DNA of 64,000 nt, from NCBI GenBank assembly GCA_951406725.2, contig OX597817.1, forward strand, positions 176,018,001-176,082,000. Direction: 5' to 3'. Below are positions 14,142 to 31,440 of the stretch, one piece after another. The stretch is from Octopus vulgaris. Lineage: Eukaryota. The notes under the pieces were generated by a model. That model was not told the origin of the DNA. It ran no database searches and saw only the letters and a program-made list of their open reading frames with translations. The number at the start of each line of letters is the position of its first letter. Within the stretch, counting starts at the first letter, position 1. Both the position numbers and the translations under genes were made by a program.

Positions 14142-14708
14142 AGTTATATCCTAAAATGTGCAATTCAGGCGAGGTAAATCTGTCATAGATTTCAAGTATG
14201 AAGTTCGCTGCCAAATGAAGCACCGAGACAGCGATTTCGCATTGCTTTGGGCATGGCATATTTGATTAAACTATACAATTCAATAATCTGATAAGCTTCA
14301 CTTTCAATTCACAGCATAACTAATTTGGTTGTGCGTAGAGTTATGAAGACCCAGACACACATGAACATGTACTCATAAAAACATACACACGCACACACAC
14401 ATACATTTTATACACACATACGCACACACACACACGTAAAATGCACACGAACACACCAAGAGAATAAGAATCAAAGAGAGAGAAAAAACAGAGGCAGGTG
14501 GAGACTGAAAGTGCCTGCGTGTCTCTATGAATACTTACACACACATACATATGAACATATATATATATGTATGTATATATATATGTGTATATATATATTC
14601 ATTATATATATACATATATATATATACGCAAATATATATATTCATAAAGATATATATACACATATATATATACATAAATATATATATATATATATGCATA
14701 TATATATT

Positions 14709-14771
<63 letters not shown>

Positions 14772-15154
14772 ATGCATATATAAATATACGTGTGCATCTG
14801 TGTGTATGCGGGTGTGTTTGTAAACAAGTATGTTATAATTTATGTATATGTATGTATATGAATTCACACATACAAATATATTTCTATATAATATATTTAT
14901 ATATGTGTATACACACACATGCACACACACACACACAACACACACAAACATACATAATCACAAAGACAATAAATGCAACACACACGCACACACACTCAAA
15001 TATTTACGCAGTCATAAATTTGTTTCGATCAACATGAGTTCTTTAGACCTAATATGATTACTTCTGAATTGGTTGAAACCAATTTATATTGATCGAAACG
15101 CATTTATAAACCTGTAAACTATTGTGTAAATAAATTAATGTATTTAACATCTCG

Positions 15155-18760
<3,606 letters not shown>

Positions 18761-18818
18761 CAATATATATATATATATTTATATATATATAACTACTCAG
18801 CTTGTCAGAATATTACTT

Positions 18819-18852
<34 letters not shown>

Positions 18853-18869
18853 TAATATCATTATTATCT

Positions 18870-19095
18870 AGGCGGCGAGCTGGCAGAATCGTTAGCACGC
18901 CGGGCGAAATATTTAGCAGTATTTTGTCTGCCGCTACGTTCTGCGTTCAAACTCCGCCGAGGCCGACTTTGCCTTTCATCCTTTCGGGGTCGATAAATTA
19001 AGTACCAGAAGCGTACTTAATTTTGGGTCGATGTAATCAACTGGCCTCCTCCCCAAAATTTCGGGCCTTGTGCCCATAGTAGATAGGATTATTAT
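18870..19095 (+). mobile_element. SINE family B, full length, ATT-tail variant
   Basis: tRNA-like head with TGGCAGAATCG and GTTCAAACT boxes. Tail is aaaatttcgggccttgtgcccatagtagataggatt. Confidence 0.9.
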
Positions 19096-19124
19096 TATTA
19101 TGATGATTATTAATATTATTATTA

Positions 19125-20496
19125 AAGCGGCTTTGATAGATCTTATTTTTCGTCCCGCAGGGTGTCCAACAATCACCCACCTCACCAAGGAAGCTTGATG
19201 GGGTTACCAGTTTAGTCGTCGACGTCCCGACCATGCGACAGGTTGTACTGGGTTACATGTTACTCGTAGCGCTCAAGAGCAACCTGACATAAGGAAACCT
19301 TTAAGTGTTTTACAGATCCACATATATGGCATCTTGGCTTTCTACCCTCCACGAACACTAACAGGTGGGTGCCATTCGAGAGATCGATTAGATCGGGCAG
19401 TTGGTCTATATGGTCTTGCTTGCATTGCAAGGTCTGTTCCATACCTATGCCTAACAAGTTTTGCTTAGGTAGTTTCTTGACCTTCAGTATTGTGAGTTCG
19501 TCTTCTTCTAAACCTGCGAAGACGGCCGCCACTAACCAGATAATGGGTATTTCTGGTGGCACATTCAGCACTCTAATCTTGGCAAGACGTTGGTCGTGAT
19601 AGCTGGGGATTAAGAAAAAGTTGTCATTCTTCAAAGTGGTTGCGGAATTACATCTAGCTTCTTCTTCTGTCCCAAATCTCACCTCAATAGTTCCAAACTT
19701 CTTTCCTCGAGTGACGTGAGTTCTTTGTTCCCACAAGCGCCCAAGGCATTTTTGTACTTCGTGGGAGCATTTTCCACCCGCCGAGACTTGACATCGTCTC
19801 AATGGTATGTAACCGTGCATCTTGCGATATTTTCTATCACATCAAACGGAGTGTTTAGAGTTATTATTCTATCTCTTTTAACAATTTTTCTAGCGAATTT
19901 TAATTCTTCTTCATCTTTGTGGAAGCACTAAATATTTCTTGCCGTTGACGCAAAAGAAACGGAGGCGATATTTGCATTTTTATGTTTTATTTCTTTCGTA
20001 TTGTTGTTGTTGTTGCCGATGCTGTCACTACTGCAGTAACTGTTGTCACTGCTGCTGCTGTTGTTCTCTTTGTCGACACCTGAAGTTTTGACGTTGCTCA
20101 GAGACAAAACATTTTTCGCTCCGGTGACGTCATTAAGTTTAGGCCATTCGATATTAATGTTCTCATTTCTTTCCTTGTTCTCAAAATTTCTCAAGGAGCG
20201 TGTTCCTTTACGAACATTATGATGGCTTCTTTATCAGCCATCGATAAAAAATTGCAGAAAATTGCGAAATATTTGTTTTTGCCGAAAGCAGTTAAAATTT
20301 AAAAATTATTTATGCACACCCCCTGCAAAACAGTGGGTGTTTCTACACAAAAATACTATCTGCACAATCCAGACAATCTCCGAAATGTAATGGTAACAAT
20401 AAAAATGAAGACAAGGCCTTAGAAGGCCGAAAAGATTACAAATACTTTTTCACCTTACGAGGCACCAAATTTCCGTGACTTCATAGTATGGCGGCC
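19125..20496 (-). mobile_element. Non-LTR element retaining only a 5' region, an ORF1 (gag-like zinc knuckle) and a short 3' segment
   Basis: ORF pieces 19928-20194 and 19260-19820 contain IRVLNVPPE..VFVEGRKPRCHICGSVKHL (Tx1/L1 ORF1-like). Flanked by ATT/TAA repeats. Confidence 0.65.
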
Positions 20497-20505
20497 ATAA
20501 TAATA

Positions 20506-20578
<73 letters not shown>

Positions 20579-20599
20579 TGATGATGATGATAATAATAA

Positions 20600-21421
20600 T
20601 CTTTATATATATACGGCAAGATGTGTGTATATGTGTGTGTGTGTGTGTACGTGATTGTAGTTTATGCACATCCACAAATTAGCACGCATGTCGCTCAAAT
20701 TTTAGGACATTCATCAACAGCTATCAGGGTTTTGTCAACTTATGTTTTCCCCGAGGCACCCGTGGATAGCGGTAAAATTCTATTTTCATTCATAGCCGTA
20801 AAAAATATCAGCCATAGCTTTTTGACGGCGTCTAACAAATAAAATAAATAAGATAAAGAAAAGTGGAAGAAGGAGGCAGAGAGTTTCATGGGAAAGACAA
20901 AGTGAAAGAGAGAGAGAGAGAGAGGGAGAGAGAGAGAGAGTAAGTGACGACGTTCATTAAAAATATCAGCCAAAGAAAAGTGGAAGAGAGTTTCACGGCG
21001 TCTAAACAAAAAAAAAGGAAAGACAAAGTGAGAGATAGAGAGAGGGAGAGAGAGTAAGTGACGACGTTCATAAAAAATATATTGTCTTGTTTTTTCTTAA
21101 ACACGAGATATAGTGTTCAAATTTAGGATGTTTTGAAAGACACTATATTTTATAATCATAGTATATATACTTTCTCACTCAACAATTACAATATATTTAT
21201 TTTAAATCATTTATTTATTTTAAATCGTTCATCTTTCTCACCCCCCCTCTCTCTCTCTCACACACATTACTTTGGGTGCGAAAGAATTTTGTTTCTATTT
21301 TACGCCGAGTAAAAAAGTGTTTTGTTGAGAGTCGATATTACTTAGTTTGGTTTGAAATAAAGAACTTGATTAGCTTAATAATCGTAACTTAATCCCGGGT
21401 AAGGCCGGGTTATACTGCTAG
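20600..21421 (+). mobile_element. Non-autonomous Helitron (MITE-like)
   Basis: A|TC start, subterminal hairpin CCCGGGTAAGGCCGGG and CTAG|T end. Contains an internal ~120-bp direct repeat, and its ends resemble 42869-43253. Confidence 0.8.
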
Positions 21422-21435
21422 TAATAATAATAATA

Positions 21436-22210
21436 AGGTGAGCTGGCTGAATCGTTAGCACGCCGGGTAAAATGTTTTGTGGTGTTTCGTCTACCGCTAC
21501 GTTTCGAGTTCAAATTCCATCTAGGTTGACTTTGCCTTTTATCCTTTCGGGGTCGATAAATTAAGTACGACTGAAACATTGGGATCGATGTAGTCGACTA
21601 GTCCTTTCACCCCTAATTTGATAAATGGGGAGAGTATGGACGATTCGGTGACAACTATAGAGAGAAAGAGTAGAGCTGAAGAGTGGTAATTGTGAATGGT
21701 TAATGGGGCGTGAAGTGTGATACATATGAGTCGAGGGGATACGGAAGAGTAGGAGATGGCTGGCAGTGCTGATAAAGGTTGCGATGAAGAGCAGCAGAAT
21801 AGTAATACAGATACAATAGACAGGAGAGAATTGAGAGATGATGTGTAAAAGATAGAGGGTGAAAGATGTGATGCGTAGGAAGATAGGTTGCAAAGCTTGG
21901 AGGTATGGGGAGAAACAGGCGCAGTAGATGGGAGGAGTGAGTTACATGGTGGTGGAGAAAGAAAGATGATTCGGTGACCCAAGAGGAAATGCGAACAGTA
22001 TAAAGAATGAAGATAGAAACATACACACGGCCACATGCACATACACACACACATATACATACTCACACACACACACAACCGTACATACACACGAACGTAC
22101 GTACATACATATATATTGTTTATATATGTGTGTGTGTGTATAATACTACTGGCGGTGTTCCTGCATGGCCACAGCCTTTGGGCTGAAATATATGAAAGAA
22201 TAAAAGAATA
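21436..22210 (+). mobile_element. SINE family B head (21436-21630) and CR1-type tail (22150-22210) separated by ~500 bp of other sequence
   Basis: Head matches 18870. Tail is GGCGGTGTTCCTGCATGGCCACAGCCTTTGGGCTGAAAT. Confidence 0.6.
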
Positions 22211-22882
22211 CAATATAATTTTTAAAATATATATGCATATATAATACATATAAGCATTCCTTCATTATTTTATGTTTTCCAGACTAAAGGCTGTAACCGT
22301 GCTCATGTATATAATATATAGGTATAATGTTGTGTTTATGTGTGTGTGTGTGTGTCTGTGTGTGTGTAACCGCGTGTCTGTGTGTGTCTGCGTCTGTGTG
22401 CATGTATGACTAAACATTTCCCCAGTTAAAATTGTTGCATAATTCCATTTTTTAGTTTAACATATTGTTTCCTTTATTTCCAAACTTTATTCTTTTAACT
22501 TTTACTGAGAGAAGAAGCACGTGATCGGAAAGTCGTGATGTCAAATTTATATTCTATGCTTTTCGTAATACAATTTAACGTAACTGAATCTAAGAATTAG
22601 AACCGCCTTATAGACTCGACTGACAACCAATTTAAAAATACTACTAAAGCTCTCTCTGTGTTTCATTGTTAATCTTCTTGTTGGTTAAAATCCTAAGTTG
22701 GTTAAATCCCAAGCGTGCATAATTTAAAGTATTGCACCTATGAATGTTTTAGGCCAGTATATACAGAATTATATCTTTATTCAATATTTGTAGTTCCCTA
22801 TGACAAAGGACGTTAATACAAGAGAGATAACCGTCCCGTGAAAGCAGGCACGATGGGTTATTTGAATATGAAATTGAGAAAT

Positions 22883-23117
22883 ATGAAGAAGAATAAGAAG
22901 AAGAAAGAAAGAGGAGGAGGAGGAGGAGGAGAAAAAGAAGAAGAAGAGGAGGAGAAGGAGGAAAAGAAGAAGAAGAAGAGGAAGAGAAAGAAGAAGAAGA
23001 AGAAGAAGAAGAAGAAGAAGAAGAAGAAGAAGAAGAAGAAGAGGAGGAAAAGAAGTAGAAGAAGAAGAAGAAGAAGAAGAAGGAGGAGGAGGAGGAGGAG
23101 GAGAAGAAGAAGAAGAT
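22883..23117. repeat. (GAA)n/(GGA)n purine tract
   Basis: Read directly from the sequence. Confidence 0.95.
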
Positions 23118-23925
23118 GCATAGAGTTATGATATTTAATTGTTTTTTTAATCTATTTCAAAGTTGTTAAAACTTTTAGTTGGGGATAATTATATAACCCA
23201 TACCATATTATTTAGATATTTTAAGAAGTGAAATATTTCCTTGAAATTAAAGATGAAATGAATTACAAGCTAGAGGATTCATGGAATGCTTTTTTTTTTC
23301 AACATAGAACGTTAGTAGTTTAGGAATCAAGAGAAAGAGAGAACATTCTTAGTGTTTCCTACAGAATAATATCCAGAGGAATTCTTCCTCGAGGGAATAT
23401 CTTTCAGTAGCCAATAATTTCAACGTCAACAAGAAATCATCTTACAAGCCGTTTTTCAAGATATTCTTTGAGGTGTAACAATTATTTCAGGCTGCTATTC
23501 TTTATAGTTAATCCTGTCTAAAAGGCAACAGTGTAACATATGAGAGAGGTTTTGTTGTTATATCAAAGAACCGCCGTTAAGGCAATCTCATTCACCCGTA
23601 CTCACATGTTACGTTGTTTAGTCTAAGGCCTGTGATAGAAATACTTTCTAGGCATGGACACTTCATCTTGTTAGAAATAGGGTGTCTATGACTAATTCGC
23701 ATCCATAGCCAAATTACCTCTCTTAGACACCCATTATATAAAAATAAAATAGCCAATACATCTCTAGGTTCGTGTCCGACGGGCAGTCTTCGATTTTCTA
23801 AAGAGTATTTACATGCCAATATTTATACCTGGATCAGCTTCGAGTCTCATCCCACTAAAAAGGAACTGTTTCACGCTCCCTCGCAGTATGGATTGTTGTG
23901 ACATCAAAAGTATCGGTAATGCTTT

Positions 23926-23995
<70 letters not shown>

Positions 23996-24070
23996 GTATG
24001 TATATATATATATACATAAAATATACTATAAATAATATATATATATGCATATATATGTACATACATATAT

Positions 24071-25536
24071 AAACTTAGATAAACTTAGATATGTTTCGAC
24101 CAAAGATTGGTCCAGGCCATGTCTAACTTAATAGCACCACCTGATAGAATTATTTGAATCCTGCTTAAGTCAAGTTTTGTTTATGGTCCATTCAAGTAGT
24201 GAGTTTTTGTTGGGTGAGTTGTATCCAATTATGGGTGGCTTATCTAGTATTCCTTGAAGGAATCTATCCAGACTCCGTTTAAAGTTGTTGGGATCCTTTT
24301 CCTCTTTGATCTCTTTCGGGACAATGTTAAATAGGGCAGGGCCTGTTGAGGAAAAGAAATTATGTTGCAGTGTACATGTATGATGTGATCTTGAATTGGG
24401 CAGGGGACGTATAGCCCGTGGTCCAAGTCTTGGATGAACCTTGAAGCTAATGTTTAGGTCGTTTGGGCAAAGTTGGCGGTATATTCTCCACATCGTACAA
24501 ATGATGTACCGCTCACGGCGACGCTGGAGGGAGTAAAGTTTCAAGGCTTTAAGGCGATCCCAATAATTGAGAGCAGCCATGCCTTCAATCGTTTAGTGAG
24601 TACCCTCTGGGGTGACTCAATTCTGGAGATGTTTTGTCTTGTGTGAGGAGACCACAGTGGGCAGCAGTATTCAAGGTGTGGCCGTACAAAGGAGGTAAAA
24701 AGTGGTATGATGACACCTTGTTCTCTGGACCGGAAAGCTCCTAAGATCCAGGAACTCATCCTACGAGCTATATCGACCTTCTTGTTGATGTGTGCACTCC
24801 AACTGAGATCGTCATCAACAATTACACCCAGGTCTCTGATATTGTTAGAGGCTGTGAGCGGTTCCCCTGAAGGAAGAGAGTATGGTTGTTTTAGTGAGGA
24901 ATTTCTTCCAAAATGCATCAGCTCAAATTTTCCCTCATTCAGTTGCATTTTGTTTCTGTCTGCCCATTGACTCACAGCATATAGATCAGACTGGAGTTGA
25001 GTTCGGTCTGCTTCTTCATTGACGATTTGCTGGAGCTTAGTGTTATCAGCAATTATTTTCACTTTGCAGTAATGTACGACACTGGAAAGGTCGTTTATGT
25101 AAATTATGAAGAGTAGCGGACCCAAAACAGTCCCCTGGGGAACACCGCTGGTGACTTTTGCTGGGCTTGAGTGGACTCCATCAACTACAACATGTTGTGT
25201 TCTATTCGCCAGGAAATACTTAATCCAGTGTAGAACTTTTCCACGGATTCCAACATTTGCCAATTTTGAGAGTAGGATATTATGGTCTACCCTGTCGAAC
25301 GCTTTACTGAAGTCAAGATATATGACGTCAGAGTTCGAACCTGTTCCCAAGGCTTTGAGTACATCTTCAATGTGGTGTAAGAGCTGTGTTAGACAGTCCC
25401 TGCCACAGCGAAAGCCATGCTGATTTGCATTTAGGAGTTTGTGGGTCTCCAGGAAGTCAGCTATCCTTGATCTTAACACTCTTTCAAACACCTTAATGAT
25501 GTGGGAGGTGAGTGAGATTGGGCGATAGTTGATAGT
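24071..25536 (-). mobile_element. CR1-type LINE family 2, 5'-truncated and frameshifted
   Basis: RT ORFs 24541-25560 and 24170-24580 (LDFSKAFDRV, GVPQGTVLGP, ADN in place of ADD). 3' tail is (ATCTAAGTTT)2. Confidence 0.93.
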
Positions 25537-25538
25537 TG

Positions 25539-25571
<33 letters not shown>

Positions 25572-25574
25572 TAT

Positions 25575-25892
25575 AGAATTAAAATCAAAATGAGGGTTAA
25601 AAAATTGGATATAAATTTAATTACATCAATTTAACACCAGTGGTTTAGCGCATAAAAAACTGAGATTCAGTAAATATTATTAATACACAAATATGAGAGA
25701 GAATCCACTATGTGGACGCTCTTACGCTAAAGATAGATCCGCAAGGGTCTCAACCACTAAGAATTGTTCTCAAGAAAGATTTAGCACACTATGAACGTAA
25801 GCGAGCAGGACAAATAGTGTGCTAAATCTTTCTTGCGGATCTATCTTTAGCGTAAGAACGTCCACATAGTGGATTCTCTCTCATATTTGTGT
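25575..25892. mobile_element. Fold-back (inverted) terminus of a PLE-like element in (TA)n, no hammerhead seen
   Basis: Arms are 25683-25745/25832-25892 and 25771-25792/25814-25835. The outer end resembles 53555-53660. Confidence 0.6.
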
Positions 25893-25903
25893 GTGTATGT
25901 ATA

Positions 25904-25950
<47 letters not shown>

Positions 25951-26028
25951 ATACAAACTGGGACATATAATAATTTTCTACATATAATATATATAGCGGC
26001 GTCCGTACCCTCGTTGGCACTTATGTAA

Positions 26029-26074
<46 letters not shown>

Positions 26075-26532
26075 CTTTAAATTACTTCATTAAACGCCAC
26101 GCATCCATTTCCAACAATTGCAGAACTGAGTGTTAACCGTGGGAGACTTGCTTGCTATTTCTAGCACATCGATTGTCTACGCACATCCTTACTCATTGGT
26201 TCAGCATTATTTTGTTACATGATAGGAAACTGTTTTCCAAAATGAAAATCAAAATGAGCTAATGAATAATTTAGTTATTTTTTGCAGCCAAAAATTAGAC
26301 AGATCGATATCAAATTAGTTGGAAAAATTTGAAAAAAGAAAAGAAAAGAAATAAAAAAAACAGCATTATTGCTACCTTTCCGACAATATCTTTGCCAACT
26401 CTGTCTATCTGTTTCTCTGCTTCTTCTTTCTCTCTTTTTCTCTGTTGTCTCTCTTTCTATCTCTCCTTATATATATATATATATATTTATATACACATAC
26501 ACATGTATATATACACACACATACATATATAT

Positions 26533-26621
<89 letters not shown>

Positions 26622-26969
26622 GTATATGCACACACAGACACACCTCTATATATACATATATAAATACACGTGTATATATGTACATATATATATATAAACA
26701 TAAACGCAGGGGATTGTATATGTGTGTGTTTGAGAGAGAGAGAGAGAGAGAGAAGGGGGAGAGGGAGAGGATAAGAGAGAGAGAGAGAGGAAGGGAGGGA
26801 GGGAGAGAGGGAGAGAGCGGAATAGAGTGTTCACAAGCGAGTGGTAGACACGTAAGAATTTTTTAAAGTTTGCCAATAAATTTTATATTGATCTCTGAAA
26901 TTCTTGATTCCATATGTGTGCGGGTGCGTGTGTATATGTATGTTTGTGTGTGTTTCAACATGTCTATAT

Positions 26970-26970
26970 G

Positions 26971-27004
<34 letters not shown>

Positions 27005-27745
27005 TGTATGTATGTATGTATGTATGTATGTATGTATGTATGCTTGCTTGTATGTATGTGCGCGTTAGTGTATATATGTATGTATATGTATGTATATATG
27101 TTTATGTTGGTGTATATGTGTATGAAGAGTCAGGTTTATAAAATATTTATGACGTTTATATTTCTGTGTAACATTTCTCGATATAAGGCTATGTCAGCGC
27201 AATTTGTGAGGCTACCTCACAGAGTATATTAATGAACTTCAAAGCAAATACTATATAATTCTTAGGATAACACAAGCATTTCTCTGAAGTCAGAAATATA
27301 AAGTGCTTATATAGTAATCCGATAGGAAAACCACAGAAAAATAAAAATAGAAATGTTATTTTTTTTTAAACAAATGAGATATTCATATGAAATATTTCGT
27401 AGAATTAGGTAATTTTACGGGAAGAGTGAGTTAGTTATCAAGTGTATAAAAAAAGAAATAAGTAAATAAAACGGTGATATACATCGAGATATTTGATCAA
27501 TTCTTCACTTGGACGAATGGTAGAGGTGGAGAGAGGAATGGTTTTATTGCCTTCAGTTATGTGTGTGCGCGTGTATATGTGTGTGTGTGTGCGCGTATGT
27601 GGGTGTATGTATGTGTGTATGTATATATTTATGTATGTATGTATGTATGTATGTATATATGTATGTATATATTTATGCAAGTATGTATGTATGTATGTAT
27701 GTATGTATGTATGTATGCATGTATGTATGTATATATGTATGTATG

Positions 27746-27779
<34 letters not shown>

Positions 27780-27785
27780 TGTATG

Positions 27786-27819
<34 letters not shown>

Positions 27820-28000
27820 TGTATGTATGTATGTCAGTCAGTCTGTCTGTCTGGCTTATGTACGTAAGTGTGTATGCATGCATGCATGTATGTATGTACG
27901 TATGTGTGTATGTATGTACATGAATGTGTATGTATGTATATATGTGTGTATGTCTGCATGTATGCATGTTTGTGTGCATCTATGTATTGATATATGTATA
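26970..28000. repeat. (TATG)n-rich microsatellite blocks (also 29260-29460 and 30590-30870)
   Basis: Read directly from the sequence. Confidence 0.9.
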
Positions 28001-28132
28001 TATGTAATATATATATATACATGTATGCATATATGAGCAATTCTCTGTCTATTACTCTCTCTCTCTCTCTCTCTCTCTCTCTAATATATATATACATATA
28101 TTAAATGTACATATATACATACAGACACCTAC

Positions 28133-28194
<62 letters not shown>

Positions 28195-28464
28195 CATATA
28201 CATATGTAAACACACACAAACAGATACACATCACAGATGAAAATGAATTAAATATCAGGTTTTTCACCTTAAACTTATGGGTTAGTGTATGCAGAAGGCC
28301 TTTTGATCTTTAGAAATACATTTTCAAAAGAAATGGTAAGAAATCGACGCTAATTTTAAACGTCAGAAAATGTAACTGGCACGGCTCTTTGATGGAAGAT
28401 TAGAGTTTTAGAGATTAAAAAAAATGTCTCCCTCTTATTTTCCTTCTCTCTTTCACTTCCTTTC

Positions 28465-28500
<36 letters not shown>

Positions 28501-28543
28501 CATATGTCAACTATATACATAAATATATATGCGTATATGTATG

Positions 28544-28574
<31 letters not shown>

Positions 28575-28885
28575 GTGAAATAGAAAGATGAATAATCTTG
28601 TTGCAGATTAATCAAAAGTTTAACCGATACCTTGGTAGCAAAAATCACAGCAGAAGACAGCACGGTTGGAGGTACAACCATATGGTGTTGCAACCGTGCG
28701 TTTGTGCGGGTAATTGAATTTTAATATTATTAGTGAATTGAAGAAATGGAGTTGAACGAAGATTGAACAGAAATCGTTTTATTTCATTCTACACGTGTTT
28801 CGAAAGGCACAATTGAAATTTGAAAGGCAAACACGTGTAGAATGAAATAAAACGATTTCTGTTCAATCTTCGTTCAACTCCATTT
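28575..28885 (-). mobile_element. Truncated PLE 3' terminus with an inverted copy (fold-back), related to the 46-49.8 kb PLE
   Basis: Near-perfect arms at ~28724-28800 and 28830-28885. Shares ATGGAGTTGAACGA and a hammerhead 3' half (GAAAC ACGT GTA) with the pLTR at 45941/49696. Confidence 0.8.
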
Positions 28886-28897
28886 CTTCAATTCACT

Positions 28898-28967
<70 letters not shown>

Positions 28968-29044
28968 TTACAAGTATATACATAGATATATATGCGTATA
29001 TATAAATACATACAAATATATGTATTTATATTAATTCATATGTA

Positions 29045-29110
<66 letters not shown>

Positions 29111-30204
29111 TGTATGTATATATGTATATATGTATATACAAACATACATATAATTACAAATATATATAAATTGATATATACAGATGCATATATGTACACA
29201 CACACAAACTCCGCGCGCGCACACACACACATAATATCTCTCCTAATTTTCCTAAGGTACGTACGTACATATGCATGTATGTATATATGTATGTATGTTT
29301 GTATGTATGTATGTATGTATGTATGTATGTATGTATGTATGTATGTATGTATGTATGTACGTACGCACGTACGTATGTATGTATGTATGTATGTATGTAT
29401 GTATGTATGTATGTATGTATGTATGTATGTATGTATGTATGTATGTGTACGTACATGTACACCTGTTCGCACTGGCCATGAGTAGATGTATACGTTAGCA
29501 GCCACGACCTCGTGCCTGCATCATGTGCATGTTATGTATATACTTTAATGTACGCACATTCGCGTACACATACTATAAGAGTTATATTTGTCTGTATTAA
29601 TGTATCCCAGTGTTTTTATTTCCCCCCTGTGTCGCTATGTCTGTATGCGTGTATTTTCACACTGAACACGGTTCATCTGAATGAAACCATTAGCACCATT
29701 TCTTGTTTCTTCGTTTAAAAAACAGATTCACCCACGCAAGCATCAACTTCTAAGCTCACACAAACACCACATACTTCCTTATAATAAAACTACTTCTTTT
29801 CCCACTCCAATGACTATACATTAAAACAAAAAAATTAATTAAGCCAAATTATCTTTTCTTCTACATCGAGACTTCCATCTCCCATAAATTTTCTTCTCAT
29901 CTCTATTAATAGTCAAATTACCATTCTTACACACGAAACATAAAATCTGGGCTAAAAGTTATATTCATCAACATCTTTTATAGCCAGAAATTAATGTTGA
30001 CCAGATTTATATACATACACCCATCCACATATACGAACACTAACTGATTTAAATGATAAAAAACAAATATATCAAAGTAGAATTAACCCTTTTCCGCAAA
30101 GAAGTCCGCCATTTCTCATGTCTTCGCTTGTTCGAAGATGCCTCATATGGGATGAAACTAATGGTCATTTTGAAGCACTGAACTTTCTGATTCCTACAGC
30201 AGCT

Positions 30205-30540
30205 AAAAGGTAAAGGGTACAGACCGCCTTTGGTCATGAATGACCATGGGACTGCACCTAGAAAGTTACCCTCCGAGACACAAGACCAAGTAAGGTTGTT
30301 TACTAGTAGTCGCCCATGCATACCAGCCTCCCCTCTCCATGCCACCGATGTTATCCAAGGGAAAGGCAAAGGGGTCAATGCAGCTTGGTACCAGTGACGT
30401 CACAACTCATTTCTACAGCTGAGTGAACTGGAGCGACGTGAAACAAAGTGTCTTGCTCAAGAACACAATACACAGCCCGGTCCGGGAATCGAACTCATAA
30501 CCTCATGTTTGTGATTCTAACCATTGAGCCATGCACCTAT
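30205..30540 (-). mobile_element. SINE family C (tRNA head, gtgttcttgagcaagacac core)
   Basis: Similar copies at 30884-31125 (+), 34615-34912 (-) and 36257-36555 (-). The head/core is shared with 59744-60006. Confidence 0.8.
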
Positions 30541-30883
30541 AGCAGCTACGTACTACATAATAACTCTAATTGCTATTATGTCTGTCTGTCTGTATGTATG
30601 TATGTATGTATGTATGTATGTACGTATTTATGTATGTACGTATGTATGTATGTATGTATGTATGTATGTATGTGTGTATGTATGTATGTGTGTATGTATG
30701 TATGTATGCATGTGTGTATGTATGTATGTATGTACGTATCTATGTACGTATGTATGTATGTATGTATGTATGTATGTATGTATGTATGTATGTATGTATG
30801 TACGTATGTATGTATTATGTACGTATGTATGTATGTATGTATGTATGTATGTGTGTATGTATGTATGTGTACACATACATACA

Positions 30884-31125
30884 TTCCCAGACCGGGTTGT
30901 ATGTTGTGTTCTTGAACAAGACACTTTATTTCACGGTGCTCCAGTTCAATCGGCTATTAAAATAAGTTTCGACGTCACTAACAGCAAACTGTATCGGTCT
31001 TTGGGTTTCTTTTTGGCAACATTAGTGGCGTGGAGAGAGGCAACTGGTATGCATAGGCGACTGTTAGCCTTCCCCAAAGAACCTTGTGCTTTCTAAGTGC
31101 AATCCCATGGTCATTTACATGCATG
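30884..31125 (+). mobile_element. SINE family C, decayed copy
   Basis: Inverted relative to 30205-30540. Confidence 0.7.
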
Positions 31126-31211
31126 CATCCATTCATCTAAACATACATACATACACACACATAGACAAACAAACGCACGCACGCTCATATACACGTATTT
31201 AATCCATTATT

Positions 31212-31440
31212 TTTTTTTATTGCCCACGGGGGCTAAACATAGAGGAGAGAAACAAGGACAGACAAAGGGATTAAGTGGTTTACATCGATTCCAGTGCGTA
31301 ACTGATACTTATTTAATCGACCCCGAAATGATGAAAGGCAAAGTCGACCTCAGCGGAATTTGAACTCAGAACGTAGCGGCAGACGAAATACCGCCAAGCA
31401 TTTCGCCCGGCGTGCTAACGTTTCTCCCAGCTCGCCGCCT
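31212..31440 (-). mobile_element. SINE family B, full length, Tx1-like tail with poly(A) and 13-bp TSD
   Basis: TSD TTAATCCATTATT at 31199-31211 and 31441-31453. Tail is ...tagcccccgtgggcAATAAAAAAA. Confidence 0.92.

Noticed and set aside
23270-23900. Non-repetitive stretch with short ORFs
   Set aside because: No recognisable domain or splice structure.
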